DNA of 53,498 bases from Woeseiaceae bacterium (GTDB taxonomy: Bacteria; Pseudomonadota; Gammaproteobacteria; Steroidobacterales; Woeseiaceae): assembly GCA_037386205.1 (NCBI GenBank), contig JARRMH010000001.1:1-53498 (forward strand), written 5' to 3'. A program made the position numbers and the translations under genes. The notes under the pieces were generated by a model. That model was not told the origin of the DNA and searched no databases. It saw nothing but the letters and a program-made list of their open reading frames with translations. Of this stretch, positions 35,863 to 45,636 are shown piece after piece. Numbering within the stretch: position 1 is the stretch's first letter; each line of letters begins with the position of its first letter.

Positions 35863-37958
35863 CAGTCCCACATTTGCCGCATACGCGCGGCAACATCGAC
35901 TTGCCTGTCGCTTCGCGGCCGGAATGCACCGGCCTCCCCATCCGAACGACCCTTGAAGCGCTGCTCGAGCCTGGTGAGCAGGCGCTCCGTCATGAAGCGG
36001 CTGCGCGCACCATAGACGTGGCGGTCGCCGTCTTTGCGCTGTTGCGTGACAAAAAAGCGCAGCGGTGCGATCAGCGAGAGCGACTGTTTTGCGCGCGTCA
36101 TGGCGACATACAGCAGGCGCCGTTCCTCCTCGATCATCTCGGGCTTGCCGGTGGCGAACTCCGACGGGAAATTGCCATCCGTCACGTTCAGCACGAATAC
36201 GGCCTCCCATTCCTGCCCCTTGGCCGAGTGCACCGTGGACAGCACGAGGTAGTCCTCGTCGAGCAGCGGATCCCCGGCGCGATCGCCCGCCGCACTGGGC
36301 GGATCGAGAGTCAGCTCGGTCAGGAACCGCTCGCGCGTCGCATAGCGCCCCGATATCTGCTCGAGCTGTTCGAGGTCGGCCTCCCGCATGTCGATGCTGT
36401 CGTAGATGCGTTCGAGCTGCGGCTGGTACCAGCGCCGCACGAGCGTCAGCTGGGACTGCCAGCCCGGCGCGGCGATGTCAGCGTGCGCGAGTGCGGCGAG
36501 CATCTCGCAAAATACCGGCCATTCGTCGGCAGCCGCCGCCGGCGGACGGAAGGACGCGAGGCACTCGAATCCGTAATCATTACAGGCAAGTGATTCGAAA
36601 CAACGGGCGGCGATCGACGGCCCGATCCCGGGCAGGAGCTTGAGCACCCGAAACGCGGCAACTTCGTTGCGTGGATTCTCCGCCCATTTGAGAACCGCAA
36701 GCAGATCTTTCACGTGCGCTGCCTCGAGGAACTTGAGCCCGCCGTACTTGACGTAGGGAATGTTGCGGCGGGTGAGCTCAAGTTCGAGTCGATCGCTGTG
36801 ATGGGAGCCGCGAAACAGCACGGCCTGCTCCCTGAGCAGCATCCCCTGTTCGCGTCGTGCCAGCACGGCCTCGACGACGTACTCCGCCTCGGCGTCGCAG
36901 TCCTCGACCGTCACGTACTGCGGCCGCTCTCCCTGGCCGCATTTCGAAAACAGATTCTTGCGGTATTGCCGGTCGCTTGCGGCGATGAGGCAGTTGGCTG
37001 CATCGAGCACGGCCTGGGTCGAGCGGTAGTTTTGCTCCAGCGTCACGACCCGGGCCGTCGGCTTGAACTGGTCCGGGAAGCCGAGGATGTTGTCGACGTC
37101 GGCAGCCCGGAAGGAATAGATCGACTGGGCATCGTCGCCGACGACCGTCACGCCGCTGCCGTCGGGTTTCAGCGCTCGCAGAATCTCTGCCTGCACCCGA
37201 TTCGTATCCTGGTATTCGTCGACCAGCACGTGCTCGAACCACGACCCGATTTCGTCGGCGAACTCGGGCTCGGCGACGAGGTGCGACCAGTACAGCAGCA
37301 GGTCGTCGTAGTCGAGTGACTGTGTGCGCTGCTTGCGTTCGACGTAGCAGCGAAACAGCGTCGACAGTTCCGCCGTCCAGTCGGCGCACCAGGGAAAATC
37401 CCGCTCGAGCACGTCGGCAAGCGCTTGCTGCGTGTTGACGCATCGGGAGTAAATCGCGAGACAGGTATCCTTCTTCGGAAATCGCCGCGACTTTGCCGAG
37501 AGCTTCGCCTCGTGCCGCACGACATCGAGCATGTCGGCCGCGTCGCCGCGATCGAGCACCGAGAAGCCCGGGTCGAGTCCGAGGTTGTGGGCAAAGCGGC
37601 GCAACAGGCGATTGCCGATCGAATGAAAGGTGCCTGCCCACGGCAGGCCACCGCGGGGCAATCGCGCGGCACCGTGTGCCGTTGCACGGACGATGGTTTC
37701 GACACGCCGTATCATCTCCTGGGCGGCGCGACGCGTAAACGTGAGCAACAGGATGCGCCCCGGGTCGACGCCCTCGATGATCAGGTGGGCAACCCGATGT
37801 GCCAGCGTCATGGTCTTGCCGGTTCCGGCACCGGCGATGATGAGCAGCGGCCCGGAGCGGAACGTGGCGTCCGGCGCTCGTTCGCCGAACTCGGCCGCCT
37901 GTCGCTGGGCCGGATTGAGCATCCCCAGATAATCGGTTTCCTGTTCGGCTGCCTGCAT
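35862..37958 (-). CDS. uvrD: ATP-dependent DNA helicase, UvrD/Rep/PcrA family (SOS-boxed, so likely UvrD)
   Basis: SF1 motifs (AGAGTGKT, VDEYQDTN, VVGDDAQSIYSFR, TVHSAKGQEW). A LexA box lies 21 nt upstream. Confidence 0.88.
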   Translation of the reverse strand: MQAAEQETDYLGMLNPAQRQAAEFGERAPDATFRSGPLLIIAGAGTGKTMTLAHRVAHLIIEGVDPGRILLLTFTRRAAQEMIRRVETIVRATAHGAARLPRGGLPWAGTFHSIGNRLLRRFAHNLGLDPGFSVLDRGDAADMLDVVRHEAKLSAKSRRFPKKDTCLAIYSRCVNTQQALADVLERDFPWCADWTAELSTLFRCYVERKQRTQSLDYDDLLLYWSHLVAEPEFADEIGSWFEHVLVDEYQDTNRVQAEILRALKPDGSGVTVVGDDAQSIYSFRAADVDNILGFPDQFKPTARVVTLEQNYRSTQAVLDAANCLIAASDRQYRKNLFSKCGQGERPQYVTVEDCDAEAEYVVEAVLARREQGMLLREQAVLFRGSHHSDRLELELTRRNIPYVKYGGLKFLEAAHVKDLLAVLKWAENPRNEVAAFRVLKLLPGIGPSIAARCFESLACNDYGFECLASFRPPAAAADEWPVFCEMLAALAHADIAAPGWQSQLTLVRRWYQPQLERIYDSIDMREADLEQLEQISGRYATRERFLTELTLDPPSAAGDRAGDPLLDEDYLVLSTVHSAKGQEWEAVFVLNVTDGNFPSEFATGKPEMIEEERRLLYVAMTRAKQSLSLIAPLRFFVTQQRKDGDRHVYGARSRFMTERLLTRLEQRFKGRSDGEAGAFRPRSDRQVDVAARMRQMWD

Positions 37959-37978
37959 TTCGCACCCCGTATTCGAGT

Positions 37979-37994
37979 CTGTCTTTTTATACAG
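37979..37994. promoter_or_regulatory. LexA (SOS) box CTGT-N8-ACAG
   Basis: On the minus strand TACTGTATAAAAAGACAGA matches the E. coli-type consensus TACTGTATATATATACAGTA at most positions. It sits in the uvrD/SLC13 divergent region. Confidence 0.75.
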
Positions 37995-38060
37995 TACTGG
38001 ATGAATTTACAAGGCTCAACGCGAGGTTGTACAACGTACGCGGTCGTGTATAAAGCCGTG

Positions 38061-40421
38061 ATGACCCTCGAAATTGCACTGGTTCTCGGCATCCTCGCTA
38101 TTTCGTTGGTCTTGTTCATCAGCGAGGTCATCCGCATGGACCTCGTTGCGCTGCTCGTTCTGGGCGCCCTCGCCATTACCGGCCTCGTCGATTCCTCCGA
38201 GGCGTTCGCGGGGTTCAGCAACAGCGCCGTCATCACGGTCTGGGCGATGTTCATCCTCAGCGAGGGCCTGACGCGGACCGGTATTGCAGACATCATCGGG
38301 CGCCAGGTCATGCGCATCGGCGGCAAGCGGGAGATTCCGATGATCATGGTCATCATGATCACGGGTGCCGTGCTCTCTGCGTTCATGAACAACATCGGGG
38401 TCGCCGCACTGATGCTGCCCGTCGTCGTCGAGGTCGCGCGCCGCACCCGGCTGCCTGCCTCGCGCCTGCTCATGCCGCTGGCCTACTCGACCCTGCTCGG
38501 CGGCCTGATGACCCTGATCGGTACGCCGCCCAACCTGCTGGTCGCGCAGTCGATGGCACTCAACGGCTACGAGCCGTTCGGATTGTTCGACTTCACCCCG
38601 ATCGGCGGCGCCGTCATGGTCGTCGGCGTCCTGTTCGTCGCGTTCTTCGGCCGTTTGCTGTTGCCGCGCACGAAGGCGGCCCGCGGCAAGCACGTCAGTC
38701 AGCGCAGCCTGCGGTCCCGTTACAAGCTCCAGGAACGCACCTTCATGTTGCGCGTGCCGAGAGATTCGATCCTTGTCGGCAAGACGCTCGCGGAAAGCCG
38801 GATCGGTTCGTCGACCGGGCTGATCATCCTGTCGCTCGAACGGGACGGCAACAGCGAGACCCTGCCCGGACGCCAGACCGTGATACGGGGCGGCGACGGC
38901 CTGCTGGTGCAGGGCCGCGTCGACCAGTTCCGGGAACTCCGGCGCTGGTCCGATCTCGTCATCGAGCGCGAAGCGCCGGTGCTCAAGTCGATGGTCGCGG
39001 CCAAGGTCCTGTACGCGGTCGTGACCATCGCTGACAACTCGTCGGTGGTCTCGGAACTGATCCGGGACGCAGGGTTCCGCACACGCTTCGATGTCGCCGT
39101 CATCGGCATCAAGCGGCGCGGCTCGTTCCGGCTGACCAACCTCTCCTACGTGCCGATCCGGGCTGGCGACCAGCTCCTCGTCCAGGGCGAAATCGAGGCT
39201 ATTTCCGAACTCGAAAAGTATGCCGATTTCGCCGCGGTCGACCTGTTGACCGACGGTCGTCTCACCGAAGAAATCCAGGCGGACGAGCGCATGTTCGTGG
39301 TGCGCCTTCCCAGGCAGAGCGGGCTCGTTGGCGAGACCCTCGAGAAAAGCCGCCTGGCCGACGTGTTCGATTTCCGCGTGCTCGCAATTTTCCGCGACGG
39401 GGAGTTGACGGTTATGCCGCGTGGCGACGAGGTGCTGTCCGGCAGCGATCTGTTGTTGCTCGAAGGCCAGCACAGCGACCTGGACGTCCTGCGCGGCCTG
39501 CAGGAACTCGAGATCGATACCAAGGTGTCGGGTAACGTCTCGGCCTACGAGTCCGAGCGCCTGACGCTCATGGACGCGACGCTCGATCCGCGCAGTTCGC
39601 TGGCCGGCCGCACCGTGGGCGAACTCAATTTCCGCGAACGCTACGGCATCGAACTCGCGGGCATCTGGCGCGAAGGCGAGACGGTCGGCACCGAGCTCGC
39701 CGACGAACGCCTGCAGATCGGCGATGCGCTGTTGCTGCTGGGGCCTCGCGACCGCCTCCAGCTGCTGTCATCCGACACGGACTTCCTGATCCTGACGCCG
39801 CTCGGGCAGGAACCGCCCGACACGCGGCGCGCGCCGCTCGCCGCGGCCATCATGTTCGGTGTCGTGGTGTCGGTCATGCTCGATTTCGCGCCGATCTCGA
39901 TCGCCGCGGTCATCGGCGGTTCGATCATGGTCCTCACGGGCTGCCTCAACATGGAGCAGGCCTACCGGGCGATCGACTGGCGTGCAATCTTTCTCATCGC
40001 CGGCATGTTGCCCCTCGGCACTGCGATGCAGGATACCGGTGCCGCCGAATACCTCGCGACGCAGGTAATGAACCTGCTCGGCGATGCCGGTCCGTGGCCG
40101 GTCATCATGGGTCTGTATGTCCTGACGGCCATGGCAACGATGATCATTCCGACGGCGGCGCTCGTCGTTCTCATGGCGCCTATCGTACTTTCCGCCATGG
40201 CCGACCTCGGGGTCGCGCCGGAGACCGCAATGATGGCGATCGCGATGGCCGCGTCCGCGAGCTTCACGAGCCCGATTTCGCATCCCGCGAACATCCTCGT
40301 CATGGGTCCGGGCGGCTACCGCTTCGTCGACTACCTCAAGGTCGGGGTGCCGCTGACCATCGTGGTCTTCATCGCCGTCATGGTGCTGTTACCGATTCTC
40401 TGGCCGCTGGTACCGGCTTAA
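38061..40421 (+). CDS. SLC13/DASS-family permease with four central TrkA-C (RCK_C) domains
   Basis: N- and C-terminal CitMHS/SLC13-like TM bundles flank four recognisable TrkA-C repeats. The start is moved to ATG 38061, because the track ORF's first 212 codons are antisense to uvrD. Confidence 0.88.
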   Translation: MTLEIALVLGILAISLVLFISEVIRMDLVALLVLGALAITGLVDSSEAFAGFSNSAVITVWAMFILSEGLTRTGIADIIGRQVMRIGGKREIPMIMVIMITGAVLSAFMNNIGVAALMLPVVVEVARRTRLPASRLLMPLAYSTLLGGLMTLIGTPPNLLVAQSMALNGYEPFGLFDFTPIGGAVMVVGVLFVAFFGRLLLPRTKAARGKHVSQRSLRSRYKLQERTFMLRVPRDSILVGKTLAESRIGSSTGLIILSLERDGNSETLPGRQTVIRGGDGLLVQGRVDQFRELRRWSDLVIEREAPVLKSMVAAKVLYAVVTIADNSSVVSELIRDAGFRTRFDVAVIGIKRRGSFRLTNLSYVPIRAGDQLLVQGEIEAISELEKYADFAAVDLLTDGRLTEEIQADERMFVVRLPRQSGLVGETLEKSRLADVFDFRVLAIFRDGELTVMPRGDEVLSGSDLLLLEGQHSDLDVLRGLQELEIDTKVSGNVSAYESERLTLMDATLDPRSSLAGRTVGELNFRERYGIELAGIWREGETVGTELADERLQIGDALLLLGPRDRLQLLSSDTDFLILTPLGQEPPDTRRAPLAAAIMFGVVVSVMLDFAPISIAAVIGGSIMVLTGCLNMEQAYRAIDWRAIFLIAGMLPLGTAMQDTGAAEYLATQVMNLLGDAGPWPVIMGLYVLTAMATMIIPTAALVVLMAPIVLSAMADLGVAPETAMMAIAMAASASFTSPISHPANILVMGPGGYRFVDYLKVGVPLTIVVFIAVMVLLPILWPLVPA

Positions 40422-40434
40422 GGAGCCATTGCAC

Positions 40435-41652
40435 ATGAGTTTCACAGTCGTCATCGCCGGCGCCGGGCATGCTGCCGGACAATTGGTTACGAGCCTGCGC
40501 CGGGCCGGCATGGACGGCCGCATCCTCGTCGTCGGCGACGAGCCGTATCTGCCCTACCAGCGCCCCCCGTTGTCGAAGAAGTTTCTCGCCGGCGAAATGC
40601 CGGCCGAACGCCTCTACGTCAAACCCGCGAGCTTCTACGAAGAAGCCGGCGTCGAGTTCCGTCTCGACACGCGCATCGAGGCCATAGACCGCGACGCCGG
40701 TTGCCTGCGTACTGCGGGAGACGAGGCGATCGGCTACGACAAGCTGGTCCTGTCGCTCGGGTCGCGCGTCCGGCGTTTGCCGGTAGACGGTGCCGATCTC
40801 GAGCGTGTCCATTACCTGCGGACGATCGCGGACGTGGCGGCCATTCGTGCGGATTTCGAAAAGGGCGGGCGGCTCGTCGTCGTCGGCGCCGGATACATCG
40901 GGCTCGAAGTCGCCGCGGTCGCGCGCCAGGCAGGGCTCGACGTGACGGTCGTCGAGATGGCGGATCGCGTCATGAGCCGCGTCGTCTCGCCGGAGATTTC
41001 CGATTATTACCAGATCGAGCACGCCAACCAGGGAGTGAAACTGCGGCTGTCGACGGGCGTCACGGCCTTTGGCGGCAAGAAGCGGGTAACCAGCGTCGTC
41101 ACCTCGGAGGGCGAGGAAATTCCGGCCGACTTCGTGGTCATCGGGGTGGGCATCGTACCCAACACCGAGCTTGCGAGCGCAGCCGGGCTCGATGTCGACG
41201 ACGGCATCATTGTCAACGATCATTGCGTGACACGCGATCCGGATATCTTCGCAGTCGGCGATTGCACCCGGCATCCGAATGCGATTTACGATCGTATGCT
41301 GCGGCTCGAGTCGGTACACAACGCGCTCGAGCAGGCAAAGACAGCGGCTCTGAACATCTGTGGCCGGGACACGGCGTATTGCGAGGTTCCCTGGTTTTGG
41401 TCGGACCAGTACGACCTGAAATTGCAGATCGCGGGGCTGTCAGACGGCTATGACGACGTTGTCATACGAGGCAACCCGGCCGAACGTGCATTCTCCTGCG
41501 TCTATCTGCGGGACGGGCGCGTGATCGCGACCGATGCGATCAACGCGCCGCGCGATTTCGTTCATTCGAAACAGTTGATCGCCGCGGGCGCATCGCTCGA
41601 TCCCGAGCAGATCGCCAATGCCGAGGCTGCGCTGAAGGACCTCGTCGCCTAG
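40435..41652 (+). CDS. NAD(P)/FAD-dependent ferredoxin/rubredoxin-type reductase
   Basis: GAGHAAG and GAGYIGLE dinucleotide folds. Putidaredoxin-reductase-like PYQRPPLSK and FAVGDC motifs. AGGAG lies 9 nt upstream of ATG 40435. Confidence 0.85.
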   Translation: MSFTVVIAGAGHAAGQLVTSLRRAGMDGRILVVGDEPYLPYQRPPLSKKFLAGEMPAERLYVKPASFYEEAGVEFRLDTRIEAIDRDAGCLRTAGDEAIGYDKLVLSLGSRVRRLPVDGADLERVHYLRTIADVAAIRADFEKGGRLVVVGAGYIGLEVAAVARQAGLDVTVVEMADRVMSRVVSPEISDYYQIEHANQGVKLRLSTGVTAFGGKKRVTSVVTSEGEEIPADFVVIGVGIVPNTELASAAGLDVDDGIIVNDHCVTRDPDIFAVGDCTRHPNAIYDRMLRLESVHNALEQAKTAALNICGRDTAYCEVPWFWSDQYDLKLQIAGLSDGYDDVVIRGNPAERAFSCVYLRDGRVIATDAINAPRDFVHSKQLIAAGASLDPEQIANAEAALKDLVA

Positions 41653-41662
41653 CCGAAACTTC

Positions 41663-42367
41663 TCACCGAACCGGGTTCGCTGCCGCGGACAGCGGCTCGG
41701 GGAACGCAATGAGCAGGCGGCCTTCGGCCGATACGAACCCCTGATCGCTCGAGAATGCGAGAACCGACAGCGACTCGACGGCCTCCATGTCGCGGCCTCG
41801 CAGCGAACCGGACGCCCCTGCCACGGCTGCGGTACCGAGCGCGCCCGGCCCGGAGGTCATGTCGCCGAACCACTTACCGCGCCAGGTATTGGCACTGCTG
41901 CGCCATGCCGGGAAGGCAACCTGACGCAGGAAGGGCCAGTAGTTTTCCTGCTGCGCGACGAACAGGCTGCCCCGACCGGGCAGGTAAATGTACCAGGCAC
42001 TGTCCATGATCGCTGCGCCCTTTAACGGCCGCGAACTCTCCGACTTCGAGGAGAACTTGACGCCGATTCCGGCCGGTTCGCCACCGGCGTTGTCGAGCAG
42101 CGATACCATGGCACTCGTCTGCCGAATTGGCGCTTCCCACAGTTGCAGTACCTTGTCGGGTCTGGGTGCGTGCATCGACTCGCCGTCGTTCGTGTACAGG
42201 ATGCTCTCGGTCGGAACGGCCGAGTAGGCGAGTGCGATGACGTCGGCATCGGTAACGGACAGCGGCGACGCCCCGCGATTCGCGGCGAAGGGGTTGTACA
42301 ACAAGGCGAGCGCCAGAAAAATGGCGCCGACAATCATGCCGAGGAGCAATGCGAGCAAATACTTCAT
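41663..42367 (-). CDS. membrane-anchored hypothetical protein, paralog B
   Basis: N-terminal TM MKYLLALLLGMIVGAIFLALALLY. Shares motifs with the upstream gene (WYIYLPGRGSLFV vs WMLHLPARGSLIV; GIGVK vs GVGVR). ATGA overlap. Confidence 0.65.
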   Translation of the reverse strand: MKYLLALLLGMIVGAIFLALALLYNPFAANRGASPLSVTDADVIALAYSAVPTESILYTNDGESMHAPRPDKVLQLWEAPIRQTSAMVSLLDNAGGEPAGIGVKFSSKSESSRPLKGAAIMDSAWYIYLPGRGSLFVAQQENYWPFLRQVAFPAWRSSANTWRGKWFGDMTSGPGALGTAAVAGASGSLRGRDMEAVESLSVLAFSSDQGFVSAEGRLLIAFPEPLSAAANPVR

Positions 42368-42954
42368 TGGGCCGCTTCCTCCATCAGAGCCGGCTCGAGT
42401 TGGCTGAGATAGCTGGCCCGCAACTCGATTCGACCAAGGGGTGCATCATCGTCGCCGGACTGGTTTGCGACCCAGCGCTCTGCAAGTGCGCCCTCAAGTT
42501 CTTCAAACTCGCGTGAGCCCGAAACGATCGTACCGATGCGGGCACCACTTTCGCGTGGCTGCGGTTCCATGCTGACGATCAGTGAGCCCCGTGCGGGCAG
42601 GTGCAACATCCAGTCGATGACGACCTCGTCGCCGCGCCTCGCTGCCGTCCGCACGCCTACGCCCACGACGGCATCCCGGGCATTGCGGATCTTGAACATT
42701 TCCATACGTACGCCGGCAAGCAGGTCGCCGACTGGCCACTCGAGACCCGGTGGAACGAGTTCTCCCCGGGCCGGGGCGCCGGTCATCACGCGGTCGATCG
42801 GGATTTTGGTGTGAAACGACTCGATGGTGCCCCCGTTCGGGGCGACCGCGATGATGGACGTTTCACGTGCCTGGTCGACTACCGGAAACGCGTACAGCGC
42901 ACCCGCTGCCACGATGACGCCGAGTACGATGCCGAAAAGGAACGTCTTGATCAA
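42364..42954 (-). CDS. membrane-anchored hypothetical protein, paralog A
   Basis: TTG start and N-terminal TM IKTFLFGIVLGVIVAAGALYAF. No family recognised. Confidence 0.6.
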   Translation of the reverse strand: MIKTFLFGIVLGVIVAAGALYAFPVVDQARETSIIAVAPNGGTIESFHTKIPIDRVMTGAPARGELVPPGLEWPVGDLLAGVRMEMFKIRNARDAVVGVGVRTAARRGDEVVIDWMLHLPARGSLIVSMEPQPRESGARIGTIVSGSREFEELEGALAERWVANQSGDDDAPLGRIELRASYLSQLEPALMEEAAQ

Positions 42955-43085
42955 ACCTTTCTCGCTGTAGTCAATTCGCCTGCCAAATCAGGCACATGCA
43001 ACGAGTTTAGTTAAATTGGCGGCGGTATCACACTCACTTTGGTCGAATTTGTGACGAAGCGCACATGAACCCGTGCAGGCGACGG

Positions 43086-44651
43086 TCAATACGCCTCGAA
43101 GTATTGCTGCAGGTAGTCGTCGAGTGACAAAAGATCAGCGGCCTCGATCTCCTGCTGACGGACGAGAGAATCGGCTGCCTCCCTGGCAAGCGCGGCCTTG
43201 CGCGACTCGCTGAGCGGCGCGATCGATGCAAAATAATCACGGTGGCAGCGAGCGGTTTGCAGTGCGAACTCGAAGAAACTGCTGCCCGTCTCTTCGAGTT
43301 CGTTGACGATTCGGGCCGACAGCGTCCTGGCCGGATCGTCGACGAGAGTCCGGAGGTGACGGATGGCCGCCGAATAGTTGTCGTCTTTCCGGTCGATGGC
43401 CTCGGCGACCGCCAGGACCTTGTCGAGAATTTCGCCGGCCCACGTCGCCAGCGGCATCTCGACGCCGTCGCGCCGTAATCTGAAGTCGGGATCGCGGCCG
43501 CTCTTCGCGGTACCTGTGTGGTTATCGCGGATTTCATCGATCTCCCCGTCGCGTATCGGCGGGCTGTCCTCGAGAAGACAGTAAATGAGGAACGCCTCGA
43601 TGAAGCGCATCGTATTTTGGTTGACCCCGGAGGGATCGAACATGTTGATGTCGAGCGAACGCACCTCGACGTATTCGATGCCGTCGCGACGCAGCGCGGC
43701 CGTCGGCTGTTCGCCGGAGCGGGCGACGCGCTTTGGCCGCACCGGTGAGTAGTATTCGTTTTCGATCTGCAGAAGGTTCGCGTTCAGTTGCCGGTACTCG
43801 CCATCGACCTTGACGCCGATCTTCTCGTACGCCGGTTCTACCTCGTGAATTGCCTCGCTCAGGTCGCGGACATACTCATCGAGGCTGTTCAGGGAAATAT
43901 CGATGCGCGACTGGTTCTTGTTGCTGTAACCGAGATCGCTCATGCGCAGCGATGTGGCGAAAGGCTCGACCCAGGTATCGGTGTTCAGCGACTTCAGCCT
44001 CGCCGCTGCGCTCGCGAACGACTTGCACACGGCGGGCGACGCCCCGAACAGGTACAAAATAATCCAGCCCATGCGGCGGAAGTTGCGGATCATCGCAAGG
44101 TAGTGCACCGAGCGAAACTCGCTGGCATCGAGATTACTGCCGAGAACCTCCCGGTAGACAGGCCAGAAAGCCACCGGCAACGAATAATTGAAGTGCACTC
44201 CCGCGATGACCTGCATCTCGCGCCCGTAGCGGTAGCCAAGGCCACGGCGGTAGATAGTCTTCATGCGCCCGACGTTGGAACTGCCGTAACGCGCGAGCGG
44301 AATCTCGCTGTCTTGCGGCAGACGGCACGGCATGCTCGACGTCCACAGCATCTCGTCGCCGAGATGCGCGTACGTAAACTGGTGGATATCACAGATGCAC
44401 CGCAGTGCTTCCCAGGTCGTCGACATCGCCGGCGTGACAAACTCGAGCAGCGCTTCGGAGAAATCCGTCGTTATGTAACGATTGGTCAGGGCGGAACCGA
44501 GGCCCGCGGGATGGGGGGTTTGCGCGAGGGTGCCATCGGCCGCGACGCGCAGGGATTCCTTCTCCACGCCCTTCAGTCCGCCGTACAGGACATCGCCGCT
44601 GTGAGCGGTGACGGCTGCCAGGCGCTTCTCGAAACCCTGCTGCAATCCCAT
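43086..44651 (-). CDS. gshA: glutamate--cysteine ligase
   Basis: 521 aa, collinear with proteobacterial GshA (GVEKESLRV, YITTDFSEALLEFVTP, MPCRLP). Confidence 0.95.
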   Translation of the reverse strand: MGLQQGFEKRLAAVTAHSGDVLYGGLKGVEKESLRVAADGTLAQTPHPAGLGSALTNRYITTDFSEALLEFVTPAMSTTWEALRCICDIHQFTYAHLGDEMLWTSSMPCRLPQDSEIPLARYGSSNVGRMKTIYRRGLGYRYGREMQVIAGVHFNYSLPVAFWPVYREVLGSNLDASEFRSVHYLAMIRNFRRMGWIILYLFGASPAVCKSFASAAARLKSLNTDTWVEPFATSLRMSDLGYSNKNQSRIDISLNSLDEYVRDLSEAIHEVEPAYEKIGVKVDGEYRQLNANLLQIENEYYSPVRPKRVARSGEQPTAALRRDGIEYVEVRSLDINMFDPSGVNQNTMRFIEAFLIYCLLEDSPPIRDGEIDEIRDNHTGTAKSGRDPDFRLRRDGVEMPLATWAGEILDKVLAVAEAIDRKDDNYSAAIRHLRTLVDDPARTLSARIVNELEETGSSFFEFALQTARCHRDYFASIAPLSESRKAALAREAADSLVRQQEIEAADLLSLDDYLQQYFEAY

Positions 44652-44704
44652 TCCTTGAAGACAGCCCGTCGCTCGGGCCGGGCTGCAGTTTTACCACATC
44701 TGCT

Positions 44705-45088
44705 ATGCTCGGTTGCATGTCTTCCCGGTTCGCCCTGATCGTCGTTGCCGTCATTCTCGTTTGTTTCAGTGCACCGGCGTTCGCCTTCCGCTGCGGCAAC
44801 CGGATCGTGACGGTCGACATGCACGAGGCAGAGGTCCGCCGCGCATGCGGTGCGCCGACGACGATGCGCCATATCGGTCGGGCGCTTCGTGACGTGGATG
44901 TGGGTGCCGAACGGCATCAAGGTGGCTGGACTCTGCGTCGCCACCCGGGCTTTCGATTCACGCAGGAAGTCATCGTCACCGAGTACGTCTACAACTTCGG
45001 ACCGCGCAAGCTGATGCGCCGGCTGGTATTCGAGGGCGGCATCCTCGTGTCAATCGAGAAGCTGGGCTACGGCTATCGCGAAGAGTAG
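44705..45088 (+). CDS. DUF2845-like secreted protein
   Basis: Signal peptide, then a CGNRIV..EVRRACGAP pattern typical of DUF2845. The start is 44705 or 44717. Confidence 0.6.
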   Translation: MLGCMSSRFALIVVAVILVCFSAPAFAFRCGNRIVTVDMHEAEVRRACGAPTTMRHIGRALRDVDVGAERHQGGWTLRRHPGFRFTQEVIVTEYVYNFGPRKLMRRLVFEGGILVSIEKLGYGYREE

Positions 45089-45110
45089 GGAACACGGGTA
45101 GTATGCGCAC

Positions 45111-45512
45111 ATGAAAGAAGCAAAGAAGCGACGCCTTCGCGATCGCGTGTCGGGCGCACCGACGCTGATCAACGAAGGCTGCAAGATTTCCGGGGTCATC
45201 TCGGGCCAGGGTGATTTTCAGATCAGCGGCGAAGTCGACGGTGACTGTGAAATCGATGGGATGGTAACGCTGACGCCGACCGGCTACTGGAACGGCACGA
45301 TCAATGCCGGCAACGTCGTCATCTCCGGCCACGTGGAGGGCGACATCGTCGCGTCCGGGAAGGTCGAGATAGCTGCTACCGCGCGCATTTCAGGGAAGGT
45401 GTCGGGAGAGGCCATCGCGGTTGCCGAGGGCGCGGTCGTCGAGGGTCAGATGAAGACCATCGCGCAGCCGGCTCCGACCGATTTCGTCGAGAAGCGGGCG
45501 CAGCAGGGCTGA
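45111..45512 (+). CDS. bactofilin family cytoskeletal protein
   Basis: Beta-helical repeat pattern (ISG.I.G.GDF.ISGEVDG....G.V....G.WNGTI.AGNVVISGHVEGDIVASGKVEI...ARISGKV). Confidence 0.85.
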   Translation: MKEAKKRRLRDRVSGAPTLINEGCKISGVISGQGDFQISGEVDGDCEIDGMVTLTPTGYWNGTINAGNVVISGHVEGDIVASGKVEIAATARISGKVSGEAIAVAEGAVVEGQMKTIAQPAPTDFVEKRAQQG

Positions 45513-45636
45513 AACCGCCCCGCCCGCCCGTGGGCGTCTCGTCCCGTATCTGTTGGTTCGGGCCGGAAAATGCGGGCTCTGCGGCGCGCGAAAGTGCTAA
45601 AATGGGTCCATCAACCGGCCAAATAATAATGATGAT

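Noticed and set aside
35862-37958. The UvrD-family helicase, considered as a component of a defence system (for example a Gabija-like GajB).
   Set aside because: A consensus LexA box sits directly upstream. The protein is housekeeping-sized at 698 aa with all SF1 motifs. No adjacent nuclease or ATPase partner is present.
45513-45636. A GC hairpin (CGCCC-N6-GGGCG) after the bactofilin gene, considered as a terminator.
   Set aside because: The stem is only 5 bp and the downstream T-tract is poor, so it is too weak to call.
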